Under the pieces are notes generated by a model, which was not told where the DNA came from, searched no databases, and saw only the letters and a list, made by a program, of their open reading frames with translations. Position numbers and translations under genes: made by a program. A stretch of 64,000 nt of DNA from an uncultured Eubacteriales bacterium (lineage in GTDB: Bacteria; Bacillota; Clostridia; TANB77; UBA1234): contig CAYNRR010000002.1 in NCBI GenBank assembly GCA_964400015.1, positions 38,751-102,750 on the forward strand, given 5' to 3'. Position 1 is the first letter of the stretch. Every line of letters begins with the position of its first letter. Positions 28,901-37,434 of this stretch are shown piece by piece.

Positions 28901-30269
28901 CGAATGTTTGTAAGAATGAACCACAACCTGATGAGCATGCCTCGTTTAGCATAATGTTATCTATTGTTCCTTCTTTTAATCTGATATATTTCATATCTTG
29001 ACCACCAATGTCCACGATAGATTCAACATCTGGCATAAAATGATTTGCAGCTCTTGTATGTGCAATAGTTTCTATTTCACTCATATCTGCGTTGATAGCT
29101 GTCTTGATTAAATTTTCTCCATATCCTGTCGTTCCTACAAGCCTTATTTTTGCTTTTTTAGGAAGAGCATGATAAACATCCTTTATCATTTCAGAAACAG
29201 TATTTAAAGGGCTTCCTTCGTTACTTCTGTAATCTGAATAAAGTATTGCACCTCTATCATCTATAAGTGCAAGTTTTGATGTGGTAGAGCCTGCATCTAT
29301 TCCAAGAAAAGCATTTCCAGAATAATTTTCTATTTTTGCTCGTGGAGCTTTAAACTTTGCGTGTCTTTTCTTAAAAGCTGACAGCTCTGCAATAGTATTG
29401 AAAAGTGGTGGCAAAGCTGGATTTTCATCACCTTTATATTCTTTTAAAATTTCCAAATATTCTTTTAATTTATTATATGAAATTAGTTCTTCAGTGGCTG
29501 AATCTAATGCAGCTCCTTTAGCTACAAGTAAATGGCCCTCTGCTGGAATAATTACATCTTCATCACTTAGATTCAATGTTTCTATAAATCTTTTTCTCAA
29601 TTCTGGTAAATATGTAAGAGGTCCTCCTAGGAAAGCAACCTTTCCTCTTATTGGTCTTCCACAAGCAAGTCCACTTATAGTCTGATTTACCACAGCTTGT
29701 AAAATAGAAACAGCGATATCGTTTCTGCTAGCTCCCTCATTTATCAATGGTTGCACGTCTGTCTTAGCAAAAACACCACATCTAGAAGCTATTGGATATA
29801 TAATTTTATAATCTTTCGCAAGTTCATTTAAACCAGTTGGATCTGTATTCAAAAGTGTAGCCATTTGGTCTATAAATGCTCCCGTACCACCTGCACAGCT
29901 TCCGTTCATTCGTTGCTCTATAAATTTATCAAAATAAATTATTTTTGCATCTTCTCCACCAAGCTCAATTGCTACATCTGTTTGTGGAATATATTTTTTT
30001 ACTGCATTTTTACAAGCAATAACTTCTTGTATGAATTTACAATTTAATACTTTGGCGATAGACATACTACCCGAACCTGTAAAACAAATTCTGTATGAAT
30101 AGTCCTTATATTTTTCTGTAACTTCAGCTAAAAGGTTATATACTGCAGTCTTCGTATCAGAAAAATGCCTCCTATATGACGTATAAATTGGTTCTTCCTT
30201 TTCATTTAATACTACGATTTTGACCGTAGTAGAGCCAATATCCAAACCAAGATATAATTCTTTCTTCAT
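25971..30269 (-). CDS. large fusion protein (1432 aa) with two BadF/BadG/BcrA/BcrD-type (acyl-CoA dehydratase activase) ATPase domains fused to a 2-hydroxyacyl-CoA dehydratase (HgdB/D-component)-like domain
   Basis: Two actin-like ATPase starts, LGLDIGSTTVK and LGIDAGSTTSK, and a Cys-rich region CKGCENHC; about 1400 aa. Confidence 0.7.
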   Translation of the reverse strand: MKKELYLGLDIGSTTVKIVVLNEKEEPIYTSYRRHFSDTKTAVYNLLAEVTEKYKDYSYRICFTGSGSMSIAKVLNCKFIQEVIACKNAVKKYIPQTDVAIELGGEDAKIIYFDKFIEQRMNGSCAGGTGAFIDQMATLLNTDPTGLNELAKDYKIIYPIASRCGVFAKTDVQPLINEGASRNDIAVSILQAVVNQTISGLACGRPIRGKVAFLGGPLTYLPELRKRFIETLNLSDEDVIIPAEGHLLVAKGAALDSATEELISYNKLKEYLEILKEYKGDENPALPPLFNTIAELSAFKKRHAKFKAPRAKIENYSGNAFLGIDAGSTTSKLALIDDRGAILYSDYRSNEGSPLNTVSEMIKDVYHALPKKAKIRLVGTTGYGENLIKTAINADMSEIETIAHTRAANHFMPDVESIVDIGGQDMKYIRLKEGTIDNIMLNEACSSGCGSFLQTFASNLNISLDEFVREAILAKAPVDLGSRCTVFMNSKIKQAQKEGANIGDISAGLSYSVVKNALQKVMKIRDTSKLGEHIIVQGGTFSNDAVLRAFELIIGKEVIRPDISGLMGAYGMALLCKDKYKNAKKILPEKSTMLSYDELKNLSFKTTHIRCKGCENHCLLSINKFSNGKKLVTGNRCEKGAGTEPSVKTKVELPNLYKYKYERTFDYVPLKESEAKRGKIGIPRVLNMYENYPFWHTFFTELKFSVVLSEKTTRKTYEKGMESIPSESVCYPAKITHGHIMSLIEQGVTTIFHPCIPYEREEQKHAENHYNCPIVISYSEVIKNNVEDLAEKKIKFINPFLPFETKALVEVISELEEFKEYNLKKSEIARAAKKAQAEYNRYREDIRRKGEETLKYLEENHLKGIVLSGRPYHIDGEINHGIDTMITGLGMAVLTEDSIAHLSELERPLRVVDQWMYHSRLYAAADVVGRKDYLELVQLNSFGCGIDAVTTDQVEEILTKFGKMYTLIKIDEVNNLGAIRIRIRSLLAAMKKREEEGICPIEKTPSYAANKVPFTKEMRKTHTILCPQLSPVHFEFLEAALDSSGYKLKLLRECTEKTVEIGLKYVNNDACYPSLLVIGQLIEALQSGEYDIDTTAVIISQTGGGCRATNYIGFLRKALADAGFKDVPVISFNFSGLEKMPGFKITLPMASKLLKAVVLGDLLNRLLLRNRPYELNKGESNALYEKWVKQGRDLIRLNNTEKYKEGIVNMVADFDKIKISNEVKPKVGVVGEILIKYHPFGNHNIIEQLEAEGAEVLSPDFMGFVKYVVIGTYNDSKLMKIEKFKGYVYGKLINLLDAQEAFIKETLAKAKKSYREPCDIWKLRNQVGEILSVGNQTGEGWFLTAEMIELIKDGAPNIVCVQPFACLPNHVVGKGVIKAIREHYPMANIVAVDYDPGASEANQTNRIKLLMSVAKDTMNENKKTKKKAKSTK

Positions 30270-30406
30270 AAAAACCTCCTATAAATAAAGCATTATTACT
30301 ATTTTACAAGCACCTGTCGAAAATTGCAAGTTTTGGTCGCTTTTCATACAAAATTCACAATTTGTTGTATAAAAAACAGCCTAGCTCTATGGCTAGACTG
30401 TCATTT

Positions 30407-31690
30407 CTATTTTATTACAATTACGGGTCTATAATAATAGCTAGATGAAGAAGTGACCGAATCGAAATCAAAGTAACTAGATTTAAATAATCTAACAATT
30501 ACAGATTGATTTGCAATTGGGAAAGTAGCAGTGTATCTATCCCAGTTAGTCTCAGTCATTGCATCTCCATATTTATCTGCAATCCCAGTTGGCGAATTTT
30601 CATCATTTTGATATAAGTCTGCATAATCCAGCCCGGCTAGTATTGTATTTTTTTCATTACCCGCAGCGACAAATTCATCTTTTAATGTGAAATCTATTTC
30701 ATCAAGACAATTATATGCATACATCAAATATATGGCAGCTGAATATTCCATGTTACTCATAAGATGACTTTCAAATTTCGCATTATTGCCAACAAGATCT
30801 TTAGAATTATTAACTGCATTCGCTAATGTAGTGCTTGATGCTGATGTATTCATTGCAATCCATATCCCAGACTTCTCTACACCACCTGTTTTAAAAGCAG
30901 GATGTACTTTATACCCAGTTGGTAAAGATTCATTATTAACCATGTAGTCTGTTTCCTCCCTTAAGAAAACTATTTTCATGGCTGATGATGGAACTTGTGT
31001 AAAAGGTCTTAAAGGATCGTTTAAGCCATTATAAAACTCTTGGATTGAGTATGCATATCTAGGTATCCATACAAAAACAAGACTTTCGTCAGCAACACTT
31101 CCGTCGCCATCAGAATCATATTTCATTTTTGCAAATGAAGGAGCTGCTGCGTTGTAATTATACCAAGTATCTGTATATATATCCTCTACTAAGCCTGACA
31201 TATCACTTTTTACAGCATACATTCCATCAAGCAAAACAGGTCTATTTATATTATTTGCTTCATCAAAACTAGTTCCATATGTGTTTTTTTCTAAAGATTT
31301 TTCTATCGTAAATTCTTCGTTTGCATATAAATCTTTCATATCTTCGCCATCATACATTTTTAAAACATATCTTGTTATCTTTTTGGTTGGTTCTACTGTA
31401 AAAGTTTTTTCCACAATAACAGGATAATCTTCATCGTAATATTCTTTTAAATCTAAAGAAATGTAATCTTGCTCTGTTAAGACAGCGTCTCCTGATATGA
31501 AATCAAGAAATTCATCACCTTTTCTAAGTGAATTACATATGGTAGCAAGCTTATCTGTTGCTGATTTTTTTCGAGCATCTTTTATAACGTTTACGCCGTT
31601 ATATGTTGTAATAGAAGTAATGATTAGCATTACGATTACAGTTATAGCAAGCACTAAAACAGATATTCCTCTATCACTTTTCATTTGCAC
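30407..31690 (-). CDS. hypothetical N-terminally membrane-anchored protein, 427 aa
   Basis: One N-terminal TM helix (ISVLVLAITVIVMLIIT). No recognisable catalytic motifs. A terminator hairpin lies at 30375-30400. Confidence 0.5.
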   Translation of the reverse strand: MQMKSDRGISVLVLAITVIVMLIITSITTYNGVNVIKDARKKSATDKLATICNSLRKGDEFLDFISGDAVLTEQDYISLDLKEYYDEDYPVIVEKTFTVEPTKKITRYVLKMYDGEDMKDLYANEEFTIEKSLEKNTYGTSFDEANNINRPVLLDGMYAVKSDMSGLVEDIYTDTWYNYNAAAPSFAKMKYDSDGDGSVADESLVFVWIPRYAYSIQEFYNGLNDPLRPFTQVPSSAMKIVFLREETDYMVNNESLPTGYKVHPAFKTGGVEKSGIWIAMNTSASSTTLANAVNNSKDLVGNNAKFESHLMSNMEYSAAIYLMYAYNCLDEIDFTLKDEFVAAGNEKNTILAGLDYADLYQNDENSPTGIADKYGDAMTETNWDRYTATFPIANQSVIVRLFKSSYFDFDSVTSSSSYYYRPVIVIK

Positions 31691-31710
31691 TCCTCCACTC
31701 TTTTGTGAAA

Positions 31711-32640
31711 TTATATTTTATCATTGCAACCTAATACATCTACAATTTTATGTTTTACCATTTCTCTAATTGCATCTCTTCCTGCACCTAAATAACTTCT
31801 TGGGTCAAATTCGCCAGGATTTGTTACAAAAGTTTCTCTAATTGCACTTGTCATAGCAAGTCTTAAATCTGTATCTATGTTTATTTTGCATACACCATGT
31901 CTAGCAGCTTCTCTAAGCATATCTTCTGGAACACCTTTTGCACCTGGAATATTTCCTCCAAATTTATTGCATTTTTCTACGAATTCTGGAATAACCGTTG
32001 AAGCACCATGTAATACAATTGGGTAACCTGGCATTGCAGCTGTTATTTTGTCTAATATATCAAATCTTAGTTTTGGTTCTCCCTTGAATTTGTATGCACC
32101 ATGACTTGTTCCGATTGCAATTGCTAAAGAATCACATCCTGTTCTTTCTACAAACTCAACTGCTTGATCTGGATCTGTGTATGAACTGTCTTCTGCACTA
32201 ACTTTTACATCATCTTCTACACCTGCAAGTTTTCCAAGTTCTGCTTCTACTACAACACCGTGTTCATGTGCATAATCTACTACTTTTCTTGTTAACTCTA
32301 TATTTTCTTCAAAGTTATATTTTGAACCATCTATCATAACTGATGTAAAGCCACCATCTATACATTTTTTACAAATATCAAAATCTGCACCATGATCTAG
32401 ATGAATTGCTATTGGCAAATCTGTGTCTTCTACTGCTGCTTGAATTAAATGAATCAAATAATTATGTTTAGCATATTTTCTAGCACCTGCTGAAACTTGT
32501 AATATAAGTGGACTGTTTACTTCCTTTGCTGCTTCTGTTATACCTTGAATTATTTCCATATTATTTACATTAAAGGCACCTATTGCATAGCCACCTTTAC
32601 TAGCTTTTTCAAACATTTCTTTTGTCGTTACTATACCCAT
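31711..32640 (-). CDS. fba: class II fructose/tagatose-bisphosphate aldolase
   Basis: ...GGYAIGAFNVNN...ILQVS.GA... class II aldolase motifs; 309 aa. Confidence 0.85.
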   Translation of the reverse strand: MGIVTTKEMFEKASKGGYAIGAFNVNNMEIIQGITEAAKEVNSPLILQVSAGARKYAKHNYLIHLIQAAVEDTDLPIAIHLDHGADFDICKKCIDGGFTSVMIDGSKYNFEENIELTRKVVDYAHEHGVVVEAELGKLAGVEDDVKVSAEDSSYTDPDQAVEFVERTGCDSLAIAIGTSHGAYKFKGEPKLRFDILDKITAAMPGYPIVLHGASTVIPEFVEKCNKFGGNIPGAKGVPEDMLREAARHGVCKINIDTDLRLAMTSAIRETFVTNPGEFDPRSYLGAGRDAIREMVKHKIVDVLGCNDKI

Positions 32641-32817
32641 AACTAAAACACTCCTTTAAAATTTCAAATTTTCTATATAGACTTTATCACATTTTGTATT
32701 CATTGGACAACTTATTTCATTTATTTTTTTGTTTATGAATATTATTTTCTTTTTTGAAAATAATATTAGTGTACAATTTAATTATTGTACCTAGTTTTTA
32801 TTTTGGAGTGATTTAAA

Positions 32818-32979
32818 ATGGCTAAAATAAAATGTAGTGTTTGCTCATGCGCTTATAATTTAGCAGAAAAAAGTGAGTGTACTTTAAATGCAATACAAGT
32901 GTGTCCTTGTAAAAATCATAAGAAAGGTACGCCTGAAGATGAAACATGTTGCAGCTCTTATATTGAGAATCATAAATAA
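32818..32979 (+). CDS. DUF1540-like small Cys-rich protein (53 aa: MAKIKCSVCSCAYNLAEKSECTLNAIQVCPCKNHKK...); not in the ORF track
   Basis: An ATG with a GGAGTGA RBS. The KCSV.SC.YN....C.A..I.V cysteine pattern is typical of DUF1540. Confidence 0.5.
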   Translation: MAKIKCSVCSCAYNLAEKSECTLNAIQVCPCKNHKKGTPEDETCCSSYIENHK

Positions 32980-33081
32980 TAGTTTTTATGATTAACTATA
33001 GTTTACTTTTTAAATTGAAAAGTCAGTTTAATTTGCGAACAAAAAATACACCTTGAAAAAGGTGTATTTTTATTTTTATAT

Positions 33082-34308
33082 TCATTTTATTTTATAAAAA
33101 GCTTTATAAAGTTTTATTGCTGTTTCTGGTGATTCGTCTCCTTCTTTGTTTTTTATTGGGGCGAATTCTTCGTCTTTTTCTCCTCTGTATACAATTATAT
33201 CATCAGACATACTATATCCATCAAATATAAAAGCCTCATATTTGTATGTTTGCATTTCTTCTTGAATTCCGAATTCATTTAATCCTACATTTTTCTTTAA
33301 AGCTGCATGAATAGGCAATTTTTCTGTTACTATTTTTTCTAGCAAATCTATTCCAAAATAATTACAGCCATAATGCGCATCGCCATATATCAAATCGCCC
33401 TCTTCATTTCGAGCTTCAAGTAGTTCTCTCGGTGTTTCAGTATATTCAATAACTCGTGGCTTTCCATTGACTCTACAAAATACTCCCCACTTACCTTCTG
33501 GTGATGGTTTCATAAAAGATCTTGAAAGAAGAGATATATTTTTTTCTTCCATTAAAGCAACCGGAATAGGATCAATCATCTGAATCAAAATATTGTCTAT
33601 ATTTCCTATAGCTAAATATTTGATTTTATTAAGTTTCATGTGATCGATTATTCCTCTATTACCTAAAGCATTAAATATTCCACCGTTTCCGTCTGGTGCC
33701 ATAAATATAGTTGCTTTATCTTTCATTACAATCTTTCCATTTGTATCTAATAATGGAAGTTCACCTTGCTTGAAAAATATTACGTGATTTTTATCGTATC
33801 CGAAAAAATTATTTTGAGTAAAGAAGTCTTGCGTTTCTTCATCATTTTGCTCGCTAGTCATTATATACCAATATATTAAAACTCCATATTCTTCGTATGC
33901 TTTTTTTAATTTCATTGCATTTGTTTCAAATATTGAAGTTGGTTTATCCAAATCTAACATCAACGTGCCTTTTGGTCCACTATGTCCTAGTCTAGAGCCT
34001 TGACCACCTGCCATAGAGCAGATCGCAAGTTCTCCATTTTTTATTTTCTTATCTCCGATTTTTTTATATTTTTCTAAGTCTATTTTTTTCTTTTCAGTTG
34101 CTGGAACATTAGTGATTTTGTTTTCACCTATATTAAATTCATGTTTTTCATGAAATAACTCGTTTATATATCCGAAATCAATCTTTTTAATTTGTTCAAT
34201 CAAAAGATTTTTTTGTGCATCAGATAATTCGTCGTAATATTTAAACACGTGTTCTTGATTATATTTTTCTAAAACTTTCAAAATTTCGTTATAAGATTCC
34301 ATATGCAA
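33082..34308 (-). CDS. UDPGP-family (UTP-hexose-1-phosphate / UDP-GlcNAc pyrophosphorylase-like) nucleotidyltransferase
   Basis: ...ICSMAGGQGSRLG... nucleotide-binding loop; 408 aa. Confidence 0.6.
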   Translation of the reverse strand: MHMESYNEILKVLEKYNQEHVFKYYDELSDAQKNLLIEQIKKIDFGYINELFHEKHEFNIGENKITNVPATEKKKIDLEKYKKIGDKKIKNGELAICSMAGGQGSRLGHSGPKGTLMLDLDKPTSIFETNAMKLKKAYEEYGVLIYWYIMTSEQNDEETQDFFTQNNFFGYDKNHVIFFKQGELPLLDTNGKIVMKDKATIFMAPDGNGGIFNALGNRGIIDHMKLNKIKYLAIGNIDNILIQMIDPIPVALMEEKNISLLSRSFMKPSPEGKWGVFCRVNGKPRVIEYTETPRELLEARNEEGDLIYGDAHYGCNYFGIDLLEKIVTEKLPIHAALKKNVGLNEFGIQEEMQTYKYEAFIFDGYSMSDDIIVYRGEKDEEFAPIKNKEGDESPETAIKLYKAFYKIK

Positions 34309-34323
34309 ACCTCCAATATAAAT

Positions 34324-36024
34324 TTACATTTTTTCTGGTGATTTTATTCCAAGTAATGCAAGACCATTTTTAATTGTTGTTCCAACTGCTTTTGTAAGTG
34401 CAACTCTAGCCTTCTTTGTTTCTTCATCATCGCAAATAATTTGATGTTCGTTATAGAATCTACTAAAGCTTTGTGCCAAGTCAATTAAATGTCTAGAAAT
34501 AATTGAAGGTTCATTTTTATTTACTGCATTTAAAACAATATCAGGATATTCAGACAAGTTTTTAATAACTTCTATTGCTTCTTTATCTAATAGTTTATCT
34601 GTATTTACATTACTTAAATCTACATTTGCATTTTTCATTATACTGTTTGTTCTAACGTATGTATATTGAAGATATGGTCCTGTTTCACCTGTGAAATTTA
34701 ATAGTTGATTCCAATCAAATATTTCATCTTTTATTCTGTTGTTAGCCAAATCATTGAATATAATAGCTCCAACACCAACCATTTTAGCAACTTCTTCTTT
34801 ATTCTCAAGTGTTGGATTCTTTTCTTCTATTATTTGAAGAGACTTTTCAATTGATTCATTTAAGATTTCTTCAAGTGTAGGAAGCTTTCCACCTTTACGT
34901 GAACCAATTTTTTCACCATTTTCATCTAATACTAAACCAAAAGGAATATGCTCGCACACAGCTGCATATTTTTCATATCCCATAAGTTCAAGTGTTTTAA
35001 ATACTTGCTTAAAGTGAAGCGATTGTTCACTGCCAACCACATATAAAGCTTTATCAAAATTATAATTATCAATTCTATACAAAAGTGCGGCTAAATCTCT
35101 AGTAGCATAAATTGTTGTACCAGCAGAAGTTATTATTATACATGGTGGCATATTTTCTTCTGGCATTTCGACAACTTTTGCACCTTCACTATCTTTCAAT
35201 ATACCTTTTGCTTCAAGTTCTCTTACGACTCTTTCCATCTTGTCATTATAGAAAGCTTCACCGTTAAAAGAATCAAATTCACTACCAAGTAAAGCATAGA
35301 CTTTATTATAATTTTCTAAACTAATATCTATAATCCATTTCCAAAGCTTAGTTGTTTCTTCATCATGCTTTTCTAATCTGATTAAGACATCACGAGCTTT
35401 ATCAGTCATTGTAGGATCTTCTTTTTCTAATTTGTTAAATCTTACATATATCGCCAATATTGAATAAATAGCGTTGTCATCAAAAGTATATTCGTCTTTC
35501 CACATTTCATAACCAGCTATTGATTTAGAAATACCCATTCCCCAGTCTCCAAGATGATTTATACCAACCACATTATATCCAATAGCTTTATACATCTTGT
35601 AAAGTGCTCCACCTATAACAGTTGTACGTAAATGTCCAATATGAAAAGGTTTTGCAATGTTAGGTGACGAATAATCAATGACAACAGTTTTTCCGTTGCC
35701 AATGTCACTTTTTCCATAATCTTCGCCCTTTGCTAAAACATCGTTTAAAACAGTTTTTACAAATTCAGACTTGTTAATAAAAAAGTTAAGATATCCACCA
35801 ACAACATCAATTTTAGAAATAACTTCATCTTCCGATAATTTTTCTTTTAATTCATTTGCAATAATTGGTGGCGCTTTTCTTAGTTCTTTAGCCAATTTAA
35901 AACAAGGGAACGCAAAATCACCAAGTTCTGTGTTTGGTGGTATTTCAATATATTCTTCGAGAGAAGAAACGTCCACATTTGTAACAGCGTTTATTCTTTT
36001 TGCAATTTCGTTTTTATAATTCAT
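34324..36024 (-). CDS. argS: arginine--tRNA ligase
   Basis: The class I HIGH motif region ...SPNIAKPFHIGHLRTTVIG... and the C-terminal DALK/anticodon-binding domain end in ...KM; 566 aa. Confidence 0.93.
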   Translation of the reverse strand: MNYKNEIAKRINAVTNVDVSSLEEYIEIPPNTELGDFAFPCFKLAKELRKAPPIIANELKEKLSEDEVISKIDVVGGYLNFFINKSEFVKTVLNDVLAKGEDYGKSDIGNGKTVVIDYSSPNIAKPFHIGHLRTTVIGGALYKMYKAIGYNVVGINHLGDWGMGISKSIAGYEMWKDEYTFDDNAIYSILAIYVRFNKLEKEDPTMTDKARDVLIRLEKHDEETTKLWKWIIDISLENYNKVYALLGSEFDSFNGEAFYNDKMERVVRELEAKGILKDSEGAKVVEMPEENMPPCIIITSAGTTIYATRDLAALLYRIDNYNFDKALYVVGSEQSLHFKQVFKTLELMGYEKYAAVCEHIPFGLVLDENGEKIGSRKGGKLPTLEEILNESIEKSLQIIEEKNPTLENKEEVAKMVGVGAIIFNDLANNRIKDEIFDWNQLLNFTGETGPYLQYTYVRTNSIMKNANVDLSNVNTDKLLDKEAIEVIKNLSEYPDIVLNAVNKNEPSIISRHLIDLAQSFSRFYNEHQIICDDEETKKARVALTKAVGTTIKNGLALLGIKSPEKM

Positions 36025-37252
36025 TCGATAGCACTCCTTTTAACCAATTTATTCGTTCTAATCTTAATTTTTCCTTTATTATATTATAATCCATGTCTTT
36101 TGGATATAATTTCGCATTTATTTTTTTCATCATTTCATTGCCAATCTGTGCAAAATATATTTCTGTATCTTTAGTATTATCAGCGTTTGCCAATATTTCC
36201 ATTCCGTCAAGTGTTAAAGCAGACTTGCTTATACGTTCTATAAAATCTACTTTTTTAGGTATACGCATATTATAAAAAATACCCGCACGCATATGTTCTT
36301 CGCAGGCTGTAATACCAGCTTTTCTATATTTATTAGGAAGCTTTAGCCTATCACATAATTTGTTAACAAGCTGCACACCAGCTTCTTCATGACCTATATG
36401 GCTCGGTCTTTTTTCAATAGGAGTTAGTGCTTTACCTAAATCATGCACCAATCCAGCAAAAATCATATACGGCACATGTGTTTTAATAGACATTTTATCT
36501 ATAACATTCATAGTATGATTATAAGCATCACCTTCAGGATGATACTCCTCTGGTTGTATCACTCCAATCAAATCAAAAACTTCTTTAAAATGAATATCTA
36601 AAACATCAGCTTTTTTTAGCGTATCAAAAAACAAACTTGGCTTTTGTGCTTTAAGAGCTTTATCAAGTTCAACAAAAACTCTTTCTGGCGAAAGAAAATC
36701 AAGTTCATCTCTAGTTTTCTTCATGAGTTCAATTGTATAATTATCTACTTTAAAACCAAATTGACTAGCAAATCTAGCAACACGATACGTTCTAAGAGGG
36801 TCTTCAACAAAAGCATCAGAAGTAGCTCTTATAACTTTTTCATCGATATCATTTTTTCCATTAAACGGATCGATAATTTCTTTAGAAAGAACATCAATAG
36901 CAATACTATTTAAAGTAATATCTCGTCTTTTCAAATCTTCAATAATCGAAATACTTTTGTTGCAAATCATTTCAAAACCTTTGTGCCCAGTAGACCTTTT
37001 AACTTCTTGTCTAGCAAAAGCAAACTCACATCCATGATAATCAAAAACAGGGAAACACTTTCCTCTAGCCTTTGCATCTGGAACAAGCTTTTGAAAATCT
37101 TTAATATCAATACCTGTGACACAAAAATCAAAATCATGAGGCACTCTATTCATCAAGAAATCACGAACAGCACCACCAACCAAATACAATCTGCCACCAG
37201 CATCAGAAATTTTGCTAGCCAGCTCAAACACCCAGTCCACACAATCACCCAT
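36014..37252 (-). CDS. cca: CCA-adding tRNA nucleotidyltransferase with an HD domain
   Basis: ...GGRLYLVGGAVRDFLM... polymerase-beta head, followed by an HD domain ...GLVHDLGK... Confidence 0.9.
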   Translation of the reverse strand: MGDCVDWVFELASKISDAGGRLYLVGGAVRDFLMNRVPHDFDFCVTGIDIKDFQKLVPDAKARGKCFPVFDYHGCEFAFARQEVKRSTGHKGFEMICNKSISIIEDLKRRDITLNSIAIDVLSKEIIDPFNGKNDIDEKVIRATSDAFVEDPLRTYRVARFASQFGFKVDNYTIELMKKTRDELDFLSPERVFVELDKALKAQKPSLFFDTLKKADVLDIHFKEVFDLIGVIQPEEYHPEGDAYNHTMNVIDKMSIKTHVPYMIFAGLVHDLGKALTPIEKRPSHIGHEEAGVQLVNKLCDRLKLPNKYRKAGITACEEHMRAGIFYNMRIPKKVDFIERISKSALTLDGMEILANADNTKDTEIYFAQIGNEMMKKINAKLYPKDMDYNIIKEKLRLERINWLKGVLSNEL

Positions 37253-37284
37253 TGCAAATTATACCACACCCCTCCCCAAAAGTA

Positions 37285-37366
37285 AACACGAGGGACGTCC
37301 GTTAAATGTGTCAAAATTTCCAGTAAAAGGCAAAAAATGAACATTTAACGGACGTCCCTCGTGTTC
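37285..37366. repeat. palindromic intergenic element, copy C, with arms AAACACGAGGGACGTCCGTTAAATGTGTCA and the reverse complement; it lies in the divergent cca/clpE promoter region
   Basis: Inverted repeat read directly from the sequence. Its core AAATTTCCAGTAAAAGGCAAAAAAT is the reverse complement of the copy B core. Confidence 0.85.
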
Positions 37367-37434
37367 CCTTTTGACATTTGGCAAAGCTTGTTGTAGTATG
37401 TATTATTGAGACTTATATGAAAGGAGTTTTGTAA

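Noticed and set aside
37295-37345. Possible CtsR operator (GTCAAA heptads) in front of clpE, inside element C.
   Set aside because: The heptad spacing does not fit the CtsR consensus A/GGTCAAA-NAN-A/GGTCAAA. The same core sequence also recurs in copies A and B in front of unrelated genes, so it is intrinsic to the repeat element.
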